64,000 bases of DNA from an uncultured Verrucomicrobiae bacterium (GCA_963837955.1 CAWIPH010000002.1:2080001-2144000), one strand, 5' to 3'; positions 1-9,197 are shown, numbered from the stretch's first letter. Notes: generated by a model not told the origin, from the letters alone. A program made the numbers and translations.

Positions 1-39
1 GCGCCTGCCGGATCAGGCTTTCGCCCTACCGATCGCGTC

Positions 40-1443
40 TCAATGATCTAAAGCGACTGATTGTGTCTTGGCTTTTGTTTGTAGAGAATTGACGGCCTTT
101 TCCAGATTCTCCACTTTTGCGACGATAGCCGACAGCTTGGCGTTCTCTGCTTCGAGTGCCGTTATCTTCGCGTTCTGAGCGTCGATCTGCCTGATCAATT
201 CCTGGGTAGCCGAAACGTTCAGCATGGCGATGGCGTCGTAATCGACGATGCGCACGTCGTCATGCTGTTTGCCATAGACAAAGACTTTCGTGGTGATGGG
301 CGTGTCGGCTGAGACGGAGAAGGTGGTGTCGTTAACGAGCTTCACCTCCGGGTAAAGGTCGGGACCTTTTTCCAGGATCAACCGCACTTTGTCTCCGTTC
401 TCGAGATGGTGCGGCTTGGGTACGGTGATGACGTAACGGCCATCGGTTGCCTCGATTTTGCTGGCCACCGTATAGATGTCGGGGAGAAAGGTGGTACTCT
501 TCTTCACGGCCTCGGGGAGAACTTTCTCCACTTGCTGGGCGATAACTTTCTTGTGAACCTCAGAGCCGAGGTCAACTTGATCGATGTACGTGTAATCGGT
601 CACTTCGATCTGGCGCAGCAAATCCAAATCCTTCCGGCTGTCCGAGTGGTCGATGACTGTTTTCATTCGCGAGTCGGAGGCCGTTAGGGTACCACCGTAA
701 GAGATAAAAGCATTGCCGGTAAAGACACACTGGCTGAACACTGCCGATACAGCGTTAGTCGTTGTTGTTACGGTCTGTTGAGTAAGAACAGGGGCTGTGG
801 CGAAATCAAAAAAGGTACGCACACCACCTGTTTCGGTAAGAACGCTTGATGTAGCTACCTGCAATGGCGCTATAGGCGTCGTAGTGCCGATGCCCACAAA
901 GCCTGTGCCTGATGAAACCAGCAATTGTGGAACGCTTCCGCCTAGGTCTGTGGTTAAAGCCACTCCAGACCCAGTCGTCAGACCCGGCGGTTGTCCTGGA
1001 CCTCCGGTGTAAGAAAAAATCCGGCCGACAAAAGTTTGCGCAGTTGTGATCCCCAGGTCAAGGTACCCTCCAATGTAAGAAGCAGTAGCAGGATTGCGGT
1101 ACAACCTGATACCTCCATCGGTATTAATGGTGGCAGAGGCGGTTCCGTCAGCATTGCTGCGGAGAAGGTCCCCGTTAAGCACATGTAATAGCGCCTGGGG
1201 AGATGACGTGCCAATTCCGGTGCGCCCCTGAATAATCGCGCCATTGAGCGGCGCGGGAATATTATAAGTGCTGTCGCCGACGGCAATGCCGCCGCTGGCG
1301 GTGGAGCCGTTAACGGTGAGTTTGGACTGGGGATTGGAAATCCCGATCCCGACATTCTGCGCAGCGGCGCTCGATACGAAAAGTAACGTCGCGGAAGCAC
1401 AAGCCGCAAACAGCGGCCGGCCAATATAATTTGGTGTTTTCAT
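40..1443 (-). CDS. Secreted tail-fibre-like protein with C-terminal peptidase S74 intramolecular chaperone (ICA) domain and coiled coil
   Basis: Signal peptide (..SSAAA-QNVGIG), repeated G(N/R/F)VGIGT turn motifs, SDSRMK autocleavage-type motif, VIAQQVEKV and DYDAIAMLNVSATQEL, terminal heptad repeats. Confidence 0.85.
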   Translation of the reverse strand: MKTPNYIGRPLFAACASATLLFVSSAAAQNVGIGISNPQSKLTVNGSTASGGIAVGDSTYNIPAPLNGAIIQGRTGIGTSSPQALLHVLNGDLLRSNADGTASATINTDGGIRLYRNPATASYIGGYLDLGITTAQTFVGRIFSYTGGPGQPPGLTTGSGVALTTDLGGSVPQLLVSSGTGFVGIGTTTPIAPLQVATSSVLTETGGVRTFFDFATAPVLTQQTVTTTTNAVSAVFSQCVFTGNAFISYGGTLTASDSRMKTVIDHSDSRKDLDLLRQIEVTDYTYIDQVDLGSEVHKKVIAQQVEKVLPEAVKKSTTFLPDIYTVASKIEATDGRYVITVPKPHHLENGDKVRLILEKGPDLYPEVKLVNDTTFSVSADTPITTKVFVYGKQHDDVRIVDYDAIAMLNVSATQELIRQIDAQNAKITALEAENAKLSAIVAKVENLEKAVNSLQTKAKTQSVALDH

Positions 1444-1504
1444 TTGGGGTTGCTTTGTGTCGCACTCGATGACCGGGGAGGGCGAAAACAGCAGATCCGT
1501 GTTG

Positions 1505-3028
1505 TTAGTGGGCGAGGGCCACGGTTTGTGAAGTGGCGGATTTTTGATGGTAGGAGACAGGCAGCAATTTTTCTAGAGCCTCCATTTTGGCAGCCAGGTT
1601 GCTCGTCTGCGCTTTCATTTGAGCATTTTCTGCTTCGAGGTCAGCCAGCTTGTGGGCTTCCGCTTTCAGCCGGTCATTTTCTGCCTCGAGCGCCGCGACG
1701 CGTTTTTCGAGCGCTGCGTCGTGCTTAGCCAGTTCCTGAGTAGCGCTGACGTTGAGCATGCTGATGGCGTCGTAATCGACGCTTTTCAGATCTAGGCATT
1801 GCTTGCCGTAAACGAACACTTTATCGCCGAGGGCTTCTTTCGTCGTCACCGTGAAGCTCTTGTCATTCACAACGTGAGCCACCACACTGAGTTCGGGATT
1901 CTTCTCCGTGATCAAACGAACCGTTTCGCCCTCTTTCAGCCCGTGCGTTTTGGCCAGGCTGATGGTATACGCATTCTGCCCGTCGGACTTCACAGAACTG
2001 GACACCGCATAGATGTCGGGCGTGAACGTAAACCCTTTGTAACCAATCGTCTTGACGGCTGTCGGATAAACCTTTTCCACTTGTTGCGCGATCACCTTTT
2101 TGAAAGGTGCGTCACCTTCTTTGACGACATCCTTCATGGTGTAGTCGGTGATCTCAATTTGCTTGAGAGTCTCCAGATCCTTCGCGCTATCCGATTGTCC
2201 AATGACATTCTTCAAACGCGCGTCGGAAGCCGTAAGGGATCCGTTGAAGCTAACGAAAGCGCTGTTAGACCAGACGTTGTCCAAGAAGATCGCCGACGCC
2301 GTGTTGGTCCCATTGACGCCGGTATTGTGGGTAAGACTCGAGACGCTGCCGAAGGAGAAAAATGTCTGGGTGACATTGGTCTCTATAACGCCTTTGCTTC
2401 CGGCTACCTCCAATGGCGCCAAAGGCGTCGTAGTACCGGTGTTGATTCCCACATTCCCTAGGGGGTCAATATACATATGGGTTGCGCCACTGACGCCGAA
2501 CTGCATATCGCTCAGAGTCGTTGTACCATCACCTTGGTAGGTCGACCCTATCCCGGACAAGCCCACGGTCGGAGTGCCGTTGACGAAACCATTAAAAAAA
2601 TATCCGCCCAGTAAGTCCCCATTGCCTAAGTTTGTTGGAGCCGCTTCTGTGCCTCTTGCGTTGTAAGTTTCGAAGTCTGTGACGTGAAATGAGCCATAGG
2701 AAACCACAGATATTTGAGCATTCAGGCCACCATTTTTTCCATTGTCATTGACGACGGACAGCCGCCCCCTGGTCTTTGTCGATCCGATGGAGGTGAAGCC
2801 CTGGATGATCGCTCCGTTGAGGGGAGCGACGGTGCCCGTGGTGCTGGTGTAAGTGGCGTCGCCGACAGCGATGCCGCCACTGGCTGTAGTGCCATTAACG
2901 GATAATTTAGATTGAGGATTGGAAACCCCAATTCCGACATTCTGCGCAGCGGCACTCGATACGAAAAGTAACGTTGCGGAAGCACAAGCCGCAAACAGCG
3001 GCCGGCTAAGATAGTTTGGTGTTTTCAT
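1505..3028 (-). CDS. Secreted tail-fibre-like protein with peptidase S74 ICA domain (paralog of 40..1443)
   Basis: Near-identical N-terminus to neighbour; SDARLK, VIAQQVEKV, DYDAISMLNVSATQEL; longer coiled coil. Confidence 0.85.
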   Translation of the reverse strand: MKTPNYLSRPLFAACASATLLFVSSAAAQNVGIGVSNPQSKLSVNGTTASGGIAVGDATYTSTTGTVAPLNGAIIQGFTSIGSTKTRGRLSVVNDNGKNGGLNAQISVVSYGSFHVTDFETYNARGTEAAPTNLGNGDLLGGYFFNGFVNGTPTVGLSGIGSTYQGDGTTTLSDMQFGVSGATHMYIDPLGNVGINTGTTTPLAPLEVAGSKGVIETNVTQTFFSFGSVSSLTHNTGVNGTNTASAIFLDNVWSNSAFVSFNGSLTASDARLKNVIGQSDSAKDLETLKQIEITDYTMKDVVKEGDAPFKKVIAQQVEKVYPTAVKTIGYKGFTFTPDIYAVSSSVKSDGQNAYTISLAKTHGLKEGETVRLITEKNPELSVVAHVVNDKSFTVTTKEALGDKVFVYGKQCLDLKSVDYDAISMLNVSATQELAKHDAALEKRVAALEAENDRLKAEAHKLADLEAENAQMKAQTSNLAAKMEALEKLLPVSYHQKSATSQTVALAH

Positions 3029-3088
3029 AGGTGTCGTTTTCGTGCGTTCTCGATGAACTGGCGCCGCGAACGCGCCGGATCCGTGTTC

Positions 3089-3163
3089 TTAGTAGGAAAG
3101 GGCCACCGTTTGCGAAGTGGCGGATTTTTGATGATTGGAGGCGGCCACGGATTTCTCCAGGGC
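3089..3163 (-). pseudogene. Relic 3' end of a third S74 fibre paralog
   Basis: Minus strand reads ALEKSVAASNHQKSATSQTVALSY*, matching ALEKLLPVSYHQKSATSQTVALAH* of 1505..3028; in-frame TAG just upstream (3170-3172) and no start codon. Confidence 0.85.
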
Positions 3164-3215
3164 CCTTTGCTACCTTCTGTTTTTAAAAATTCTTTGGTTC
3201 GCTGTGGCTTTTGAT

Positions 3216-4022
3216 CTAGATGGCGCGTGACCGGAACCTGCGAACCAGCGCGACGCCGAAGATCAGTGGTGCGGAAAGAAGCAGATAATGTCCAAGCGGT
3301 GGCTCGGGAACCGGGATAACCGTCGCCGTCAGATCAAAGAAGGAGGCCAGGCCGACATCTTGGGAGAGCACCGCACCGGAGACGTTGCCATTGCCGGCCG
3401 TATAGAAATAGCTGTTTGGGTTTAAACCGCTCGAGCCGGAAAACGAATTGTTAAAGGTATAGTTAGGCTGAGGCGATCCACCGAACAGAGCACCGGTTGC
3501 GATGTCAAAGGAATTGCCCGTAGCGATGGTAATGCCCACTATCAACTGCGTGTTCGGCGCGATGGGGTTGGTGGTTTGGGCTGCACCGGTAAGCCCGAAG
3601 CTAAAGACGCTGGCAGTGTTATTGTAATTGCCACCGGTCGTGTTGTTTATATTTTGAGTCAGCGGACCGCTGATCGCGGTAAGTCCGCTCAGACTGGTGC
3701 CGGTATCGGTCCCAGTGTAGAGGCCGACCGTGACCGGTACAGCGCTGCCGCTGGGGGAGAAACCCCAAAGCGAAAGATTGAGCGCGGTCACCGTATTGCC
3801 GGCTGTCCAGGGCGCGCTGTTTGAACCATTGCCTGTGCCCACCGCGACATAGAAGGTCTCCGTACCGCTAGTGGCGTTAATGTTGACCACATCGTTGTAG
3901 GGACCAGCGTTGCCTCCGATAATAGTGGAGCCGCCACTATCGAAGAGAGGCGTCGTAGCCGCCGTCGCCTGGTCAATCAGGCCGATCAGCGGAAGCAGGA
4001 GCGTAAGATAAAAGATTCGCAT
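3216..4022 (-). CDS. PEP-CTERM-type sorted surface protein
   Basis: Signal peptide, G/S/T/N-rich body, C-terminal VPEP + hydrophobic helix + RRFRSR. Confidence 0.85.
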   Translation of the reverse strand: MRIFYLTLLLPLIGLIDQATAATTPLFDSGGSTIIGGNAGPYNDVVNINATSGTETFYVAVGTGNGSNSAPWTAGNTVTALNLSLWGFSPSGSAVPVTVGLYTGTDTGTSLSGLTAISGPLTQNINNTTGGNYNNTASVFSFGLTGAAQTTNPIAPNTQLIVGITIATGNSFDIATGALFGGSPQPNYTFNNSFSGSSGLNPNSYFYTAGNGNVSGAVLSQDVGLASFFDLTATVIPVPEPPLGHYLLLSAPLIFGVALVRRFRSRAI

Positions 4023-4044
4023 AATGAGAGACTGTTGAAGTTAA

Positions 4045-4263
4045 CTAACCGCCATAACGTTGGCGAAGGCGCATGATGATTCCCAGCATTCCAAAACCAC
4101 CAAGCATCATGAAGCCGGTAGACGGCTCGGAGCCCAGTGTGGGATGAAAGACTAGATCGGCTAAGCTAGTGAATCCGATCAATAAACCGGCTAACCAGAA
4201 CGTCCTGTATTTTGCCAACCCTCCTTGTCTTTGGAGCCGAGGCTCGTCAGAAGGCTGCGACAT
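4045..4263 (-). CDS. Miniature PEP-CTERM-like protein (72 aa)
   Basis: Hydrophobic signal-like stretch, then SEPST-GFMMLGGFGMLGII-MRLRQR; 22 bp upstream of the co-oriented PEP-CTERM gene. Confidence 0.6.
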   Translation of the reverse strand: MSQPSDEPRLQRQGGLAKYRTFWLAGLLIGFTSLADLVFHPTLGSEPSTGFMMLGGFGMLGIIMRLRQRYGG

Positions 4264-4398
4264 AGTGTCCTTGATTCGGATTAAGCATCCCGACGGTTAG
4301 TAAACGGGATAGCTGCATAGTTGAACGGAATTCACGCTTACAGCTTTGCGTGTGTATAGAAAGGCCGGTGAGCCAGCAAGCTAATAGTCGAAATGGAA

Positions 4399-4433
4399 TA
4401 TAGTACCTTAGTAGTATAGTACCTAAGTACTAT
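4399..4433. promoter_or_regulatory. Candidate regulator binding site (16-bp direct repeat with ATAGTAC-N4-GTACTAT palindrome)
   Basis: TATAGTACCTTAGTAG/TATAGTACCTAAGTAC; related GTAGCACTTTGGTACTAT at 4921-4938. Confidence 0.45.
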
Positions 4434-4522
4434 GTTGAAGCGTTGACGCGCATGCGCGTCAACATGAGGGTTGGCGATTGGGATCGCGCATGTCCCAAAG
4501 AGAAGGAAACGTTGAAGTAATC

Positions 4523-4751
4523 GATCCCGGAGGGATCCAATGAAAGTAGCCCAGCAATGAATTGCTGGGTAAAGGTTAAGGAAACGTGCCCGTCCCGATA
4601 GGGACGATCGATGATGGCTTGCGCTCGTGAAATCGCATGGGAGACCATAACTGAACGTTTCGATCGTCCTTTGCGGGACGGAATCGCCATTTTTATCTTT
4701 TACCCAGCAATAAATTGCTGGGCTACTTTCACGATGTCCCTGCCGGGGACG
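4523..4751. repeat. ~230-bp nested-hairpin REP/MITE-like element, copy 1
   Basis: Inverted arms GAAAGTAGCCCAGCA..TGCTGGG / CCCAGCA..TGCTGGGCTACTTTC with internal CGTCCC..GGGACG hairpins; homologous to 5853-6083 and 43391-43616. Confidence 0.85.
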
Positions 4752-5069
4752 GGACCGTTTCTGCTTCAATCTCCAGCAGCATTAACGGGGCGCGTGTTTA
4801 CAATCGAATGTTAGCGAACAAGCCCGAAGACGGAAAGTAGCGTAATACCTTCATTTGGTAGTAGGTTAATATTACGCCGGGTGTGACAATGACAGCCAGC
4901 AGGTGCGTGTCTAGGGAAGCGTAGCACTTTGGTACTATTGACGCATCGGGCGCAGTCAGCTAATAAAGGGGCCGGTAACGGACATAGGACAGCTGCTTCG
5001 GGGATGCAGCCTTTTCGAAGGTTTGAAAGCAAGGCAATCGGCTCTGAAACGTTTGGAAAAGAATAATAT

Positions 5070-5435
5070 ATGTCGGGCGCCTCAGAATCTCGCGAACCTA
5101 GGGTACGAGCCCTCAGCGGGTGGGAGCGATCTCTGATCGAAGCTTTACGTCATTTCATTGATGAAAATCACCACCCGGTCACGGGCGTCGCCCGACGTTT
5201 GGGCCTGAGGTATGTAACTCTCCGCAAGGTGCTCGATGGTGAACAGGTGCCGCAGGCGCGAACCGTTCAATTGATTGCGAATTATCTGCGGACAGAAGCA
5301 GTGAGCATGGCATGGGAGCGAAGAGCGCTCGATGGCAGAACAGCCAACGGCCAAACAAACGAAGCGGACGAGCGGTGCCCTTTCTGTGGGATGGTGTTGG
5401 CGCGTCAGAGCGGCAATCTTAGCCCAGATGATTGA
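5070..5435 (+). CDS. Small putative helix-turn-helix DNA-binding protein with C-terminal CxxC
   Basis: VTGVARRLGLRYVTLRKVL resembles an XRE/Cro HTH; conserved paralog immediately downstream. Confidence 0.6.
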   Translation: MSGASESREPRVRALSGWERSLIEALRHFIDENHHPVTGVARRLGLRYVTLRKVLDGEQVPQARTVQLIANYLRTEAVSMAWERRALDGRTANGQTNEADERCPFCGMVLARQSGNLSPDD

Positions 5436-5506
5436 TGGAGATCGTGCGGGCTCGTCACCTGGGTCTCGAGCACGGGGTAAGTCTGAAACGTCGAGAAGAT
5501 AGGGAT

Positions 5507-5730
5507 ATGTCGCCTGTAGCGTAATTTGAAAAACCAAGAGCACGAACCCTCAGTAAGCGGGAGCGACCAGCGATCGAGGCTTTACATCATTTCATTGATG
5601 AAAATCGCCACTCGCTCGCGGGCGTCACGCGACGCTTGGGCCTCAGTTATATTACTTTCCGCAAGGTACTCGCCGGCGAGCAAGTGTCGCAGGCGCGAAC
5701 CCTGCAATTGATTGCAAGTTACCTACCGGA
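5507..5730 (+). pseudogene. Degenerate tandem copy of the 5070 HTH gene
   Basis: ATG 5507, in-frame TAA at codon 6 (5522-5524), then aligns (IEALHHFIDEN..LGLSYITFRKVLAGEQV); similarity ends at a REP hairpin ~5741. Confidence 0.8.
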
Positions 5731-5852
5731 TCGACAGCGTTTCCCGGGGTTGAAACCCCGGGTTGAGTTCTGGCGCCCCTCCCGGCCAGAACCGAACATC
5801 GGCCTGATATGGACGCGCATGCCCTGCGGCGGACCGGGCTAAAACGTGTTCG

Positions 5853-6083
5853 TGTCCCGATAGGGACAGAGTGAAAGTAGCCCAGTACGAAGTGCTGGGA
5901 AATAATGCAAAAAGAGACATCCGTCCCGGTAGGGACGATAGAAGTGTCTTGGCTCCTGGTCCTCTCGTATGCGGCTTCACCAGCGTAAGCAACCCTCGAT
6001 CGTCCCGTCCGGGACGGGTCGTTTCTTTTAACGCTACCCCACCACTTCGTGCTGGGCTACTCTCGTTGAGTCCCTCCGGGACG
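5853..6083. repeat. ~230-bp nested-hairpin element, copy 2 (opposite orientation)
   Basis: Starts GTCCCGATAGGGACAGAGTGAAAGTAGCCCAG, the reverse complement of the end of copy 3. Confidence 0.85.
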
Positions 6084-6158
6084 ACTCGTCTCGGTGCATG
6101 TCCTTCCCTCTTAGGTTGACACGCGCGGACAGGCAGCCCCGGGACCGCCGCCAAATTG

Positions 6159-6200
6159 GATGCGCCGCTTCGCGGCCCCCAAGGCGTTAAGCGGCGCATC
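6159..6200. terminator. GC-rich hairpin downstream of VOC gene (possible terminator)
   Basis: 12-bp stem GATGCGCCGCTT/AAGCGGCGCATC; no clear U-tract. Confidence 0.35.
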
Positions 6201-6243
6201 GTCTCTATTTTAGAATATTGGTTTCCGTTGTTCCGGGCCTGGA

Positions 6244-6693
6244 TCAACTTGCCGCGAACTGTTTCTGAAATGCTTCAGCGCGTTTTTTGAGTTCCTCGGG
6301 GCTGACATCCTCGATGTGCGTAGCGATCCCCCAAGAATTGCCGAAAGGATCTTTTACCCCGGCCGTGCGATCTCCATAGAACATGTCTTGCGGCTCTCGC
6401 ACCGAAGATGCCCCGGCCTGGAGCGCGCGTTTGTAGGCGGCATCCACATCTTCAACGTACACATATAGCGAATTGGTCTTAACAGGCCACTCCGGCATTG
6501 GGTCCGCTAGCATGATCGTCGAATCACCGATTTCGAACTCGGCATGCATGATCCTTCCGCCGGGTCCTTCCATCCGCATGCGTTCTTTGGCACCGAAAAC
6601 TTCCTTGAGAAAAGCCACGAATTTCTGGGCGCCATCTACACAGAAGCTGGGTGTAATTGCGTGATAGCCATCTGGGATATGTTTGGTTGTCAT
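6244..6693 (-). CDS. VOC/glyoxalase (PhnB-like) family protein
   Basis: IPDGYHAITP..HAEFEIGDS..MFYGDR..DPFGNSW; likely start MTTKH at 6693. Confidence 0.9.
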   Translation of the reverse strand: MTTKHIPDGYHAITPSFCVDGAQKFVAFLKEVFGAKERMRMEGPGGRIMHAEFEIGDSTIMLADPMPEWPVKTNSLYVYVEDVDAAYKRALQAGASSVREPQDMFYGDRTAGVKDPFGNSWGIATHIEDVSPEELKKRAEAFQKQFAAS

Positions 6694-7306
6694 AGGACTA
6701 TTGAGTTGAGTGGGGTTTAGGATATGTTCAATCGAACATCTATGACCGTGATGGACCATTGTCAAGGATGAGAAACAAATCGGCCCTCTCGAACTCCAAC
6801 TTTTGTAGCGATCTCGCATTTTTTCGCAAATCGAGACCTCAAGTCGGTTTGAAAAACGTGTCAGCTTTAGGGATGTGTCTTGTGAATGAAATCGAGTGAT
6901 TTTACGGCGGCCTGACCGAATACGATTTTGAGGGCTTGACACCCCATCATTAGGGGTCGATCCACATCTGACAGGGTTCAGCGAGCTAGTCTGTTTTTAG
7001 CTAGTCTGTTTTGAGTGCGGGTGCGGTCCTCAAAAAAGCGAGTGGCGTTCATTGAATCAACGGAGCCGCGATGATCGAATTCACGGAGAGGCTGTCGGGG
7101 TCTGGCTTGACACCGCGTTGGCGCCTCGAGCTGACGCGACAGGAGATCCGTTGGCAGGATTTGTTGATCGGTGTGTTCCTTAGAACAGAGTTTTCATTCC
7201 GATGCTGCTCCTGGGCGTTGTTTGCAAATCGCGCCCATTCTCAACGCTGCGGTCATCTCGGGGGTGTAATGTTCTGAATCCGTCCTCTTCGGGCGGGAGG
7301 TGAGAC

Positions 7307-9196
7307 ATGCCGACGATCAACCACCTACCGCAGTTGGATCAGCCCACGAGCGACTTCTTAGCCAACCTCTGTCACGAGCTACGCACCTCGTTGGCGCTGA
7401 TACTCGGCCCCGTGGAATCTATTCTCGCTGGCGGGGACAATCTGACCGACCTGCAGTGCCGCGACCTTGCGGCCATTCAGGGCAATGCCGCGACCTTGCT
7501 CAAGCACGTCAACGACCTCTTCGAACTGGCGAAGCTGGATAGCGTTGCGGTAGAAGGAGCCGTTCATGAGCTGCAGCCAGTCGCAATGGACTCTGCGGAA
7601 GATGTGGGATCGCCGGATCGGCCACTCGTACTTGTGGCCGAAGACGATGCCGAAATGCGGCGTTTCATGATCGACGTGCTCGGTGACGAGTACCGTATCG
7701 CGGCGGCCGTCGACGGGGTACAAGCATTGGCGAACGCGCTGGCCGAACCGCCAGACCTTGTCATCTCGGACCTGATGATGCCGGGGGGCGACCAGTTGGT
7801 TAGCGCGATGCGGGCGTGTCCGCTTTTGGCGAATGTGCCAGTCCTGGTGCTATCGGTGAAGGCAGACGAAGTGCTCCGGCTGAAGCTCCTAGCCAAATCG
7901 ATTCAGGACTACGTCACTAAACCGTTCTCCGCCAACGAACTGCGAGCGCGGGTCCGAAATCTTGTGATGATGAAGCGCAAACGAGAAGCGCTCCAGCAGG
8001 AGCTTGCCACGCAGAACGAAGACCTTTCCCAGATGAGCGCAGAGCTCATGGCCAGCCGAAAGGCGCTGGAGCGGAGTGTTGAGGCGCAGCGCGGATCTGA
8101 GCGACTGTGGCGCGTGGTCTATGAAAACTCGGCGGTTGGCATCGGGTTGACTGACGTAAGCGGAAAGTTCGTGGCGGCAAACCCGGTCTTGCAAAGAATG
8201 CTCGGGTACGCAGAGGGCGAGTTGCGGAACATTTCTCTGATGGAGATCACGCCGGAGGGAGATCGTGAGGCTACCCGATCGCGTATAGCCCTACTGCTCG
8301 ATGGCCGTCTTTCAGAATACCACTTGGAGCAGCAGTACCTCCGCAAGGATGGAAGCGTTGTTTGGGCAAACGCGAGCATGTCGGCTATTCCGGGCGTTGA
8401 AAGCGCGGCTCCTATGTTCGTCAAAATCATGGAAGACATTACTGAGCGCAAGAGCGCGGAAGATCGGCTTTTGAAGGCACAGACGGAACTGGCTCATGCT
8501 ACGCGAGTGACGATGATAGGAGAACTGGCGGCCTCGATTGCTCACGAGGTAAACCAGCCGCTCGGAGCAATCGTTAACAACGGAAACGTCTGCCTGCGAC
8601 TTGTGGCTGGGATACCCAGTGTTCAAAACGAAATGCGAGAGGTTTTATCGGACATTGTTAACGACGCCAATCGCACGAGCGCCATCATTGCGCAGGTCCG
8701 GGCACTGGCGAAAAAATCCACCCCCCCGAAAACTGCGTTACATCTCAACGATGTGATTGCCGATGTTCTGGCTCTAGCTCATCGGGAGCTAGTCGAACGC
8801 AAGATAACGGTACGAACCGAAGTTGCGGAAGACCTGCCTGACGTACCGGGAGATCGCGTCCAATTCCAACAGGTCTTGTTGAATTTGGTGATGAATGGCA
8901 TCGACGCGATGAACGCCGTGGAAGAACGGCGCCGAGTCATTACCATTCTGGGACAGCGCGATGAGTTGAAGGGCAAGCCTGCAGTGTTAATTGCGGTGCA
9001 GGACCTCGGTAAAGGTTTCGGGGCGCAGGATCCAGATCGGCTTTTCGAACCGTTCTATACGACCAAAGCGCACGGCATGGGAATGGGGTTGCGAATCAGT
9101 CGTTCCATCGTCGAAGCCCATGGCGGGCGACTGTGGGCGAAACCCAATTCCGGCCTGGGCGCTACATTTCTGTGCGCCCTGCCCGTCGAATCCTAA
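7307..9196 (+). CDS. Hybrid sensor histidine kinase: HisKA-REC-PAS-HisKA-HATPase
   Basis: HELRT box, REC (AEDD..DLMMP..KPF), PAS, AHEVNQP, N box [11 protein letters not shown] boxes (QDLGKG, FYTTK, GMGMGL). Confidence 0.9.
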   Translation: MPTINHLPQLDQPTSDFLANLCHELRTSLALILGPVESILAGGDNLTDLQCRDLAAIQGNAATLLKHVNDLFELAKLDSVAVEGAVHELQPVAMDSAEDVGSPDRPLVLVAEDDAEMRRFMIDVLGDEYRIAAAVDGVQALANALAEPPDLVISDLMMPGGDQLVSAMRACPLLANVPVLVLSVKADEVLRLKLLAKSIQDYVTKPFSANELRARVRNLVMMKRKREALQQELATQNEDLSQMSAELMASRKALERSVEAQRGSERLWRVVYENSAVGIGLTDVSGKFVAANPVLQRMLGYAEGELRNISLMEITPEGDREATRSRIALLLDGRLSEYHLEQQYLRKDGSVVWANASMSAIPGVESAAPMFVKIMEDITERKSAEDRLLKAQTELAHATRVTMIGELAASIAHEVNQPLGAIVNNGNVCLRLVAGIPSVQNEMREVLSDIVNDANRTSAIIAQVRALAKKSTPPKTALHLNDVIADVLALAHRELVERKITVRTEVAEDLPDVPGDRVQFQQVLLNLVMNGIDAMNAVEERRRVITILGQRDELKGKPAVLIAVQDLGKGFGAQDPDRLFEPFYTTKAHGMGMGLRISRSIVEAHGGRLWAKPNSGLGATFLCALPVES

Positions 9197-9197
9197 C

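Noticed and set aside
40..3028. Prophage tail-fibre module
   Set aside because: Both proteins have Sec-type signal peptides, and no capsid, terminase, integrase or baseplate genes are seen
5522..5524. Stop-codon readthrough or recoding in the second HTH copy
   Set aside because: The codon is TAA, other genes use standard stops, and the 3' end is also disrupted
4338..6247. ORFs 4338..4769, 4430..4690, 4611..4814, 5723..6247, 5871..6119 (and 43316-43749)
   Set aside because: They are translations of the palindromic repeat element (recurring WATF / KVAQ peptides)
8991..9197. N-terminal extensions of track ORFs (also 6694-6942, 11266-11442, 17466-17552, 34296-34607, 58301-58405)
   Set aside because: They overlap neighbouring genes or promoters; family homology begins at downstream starts
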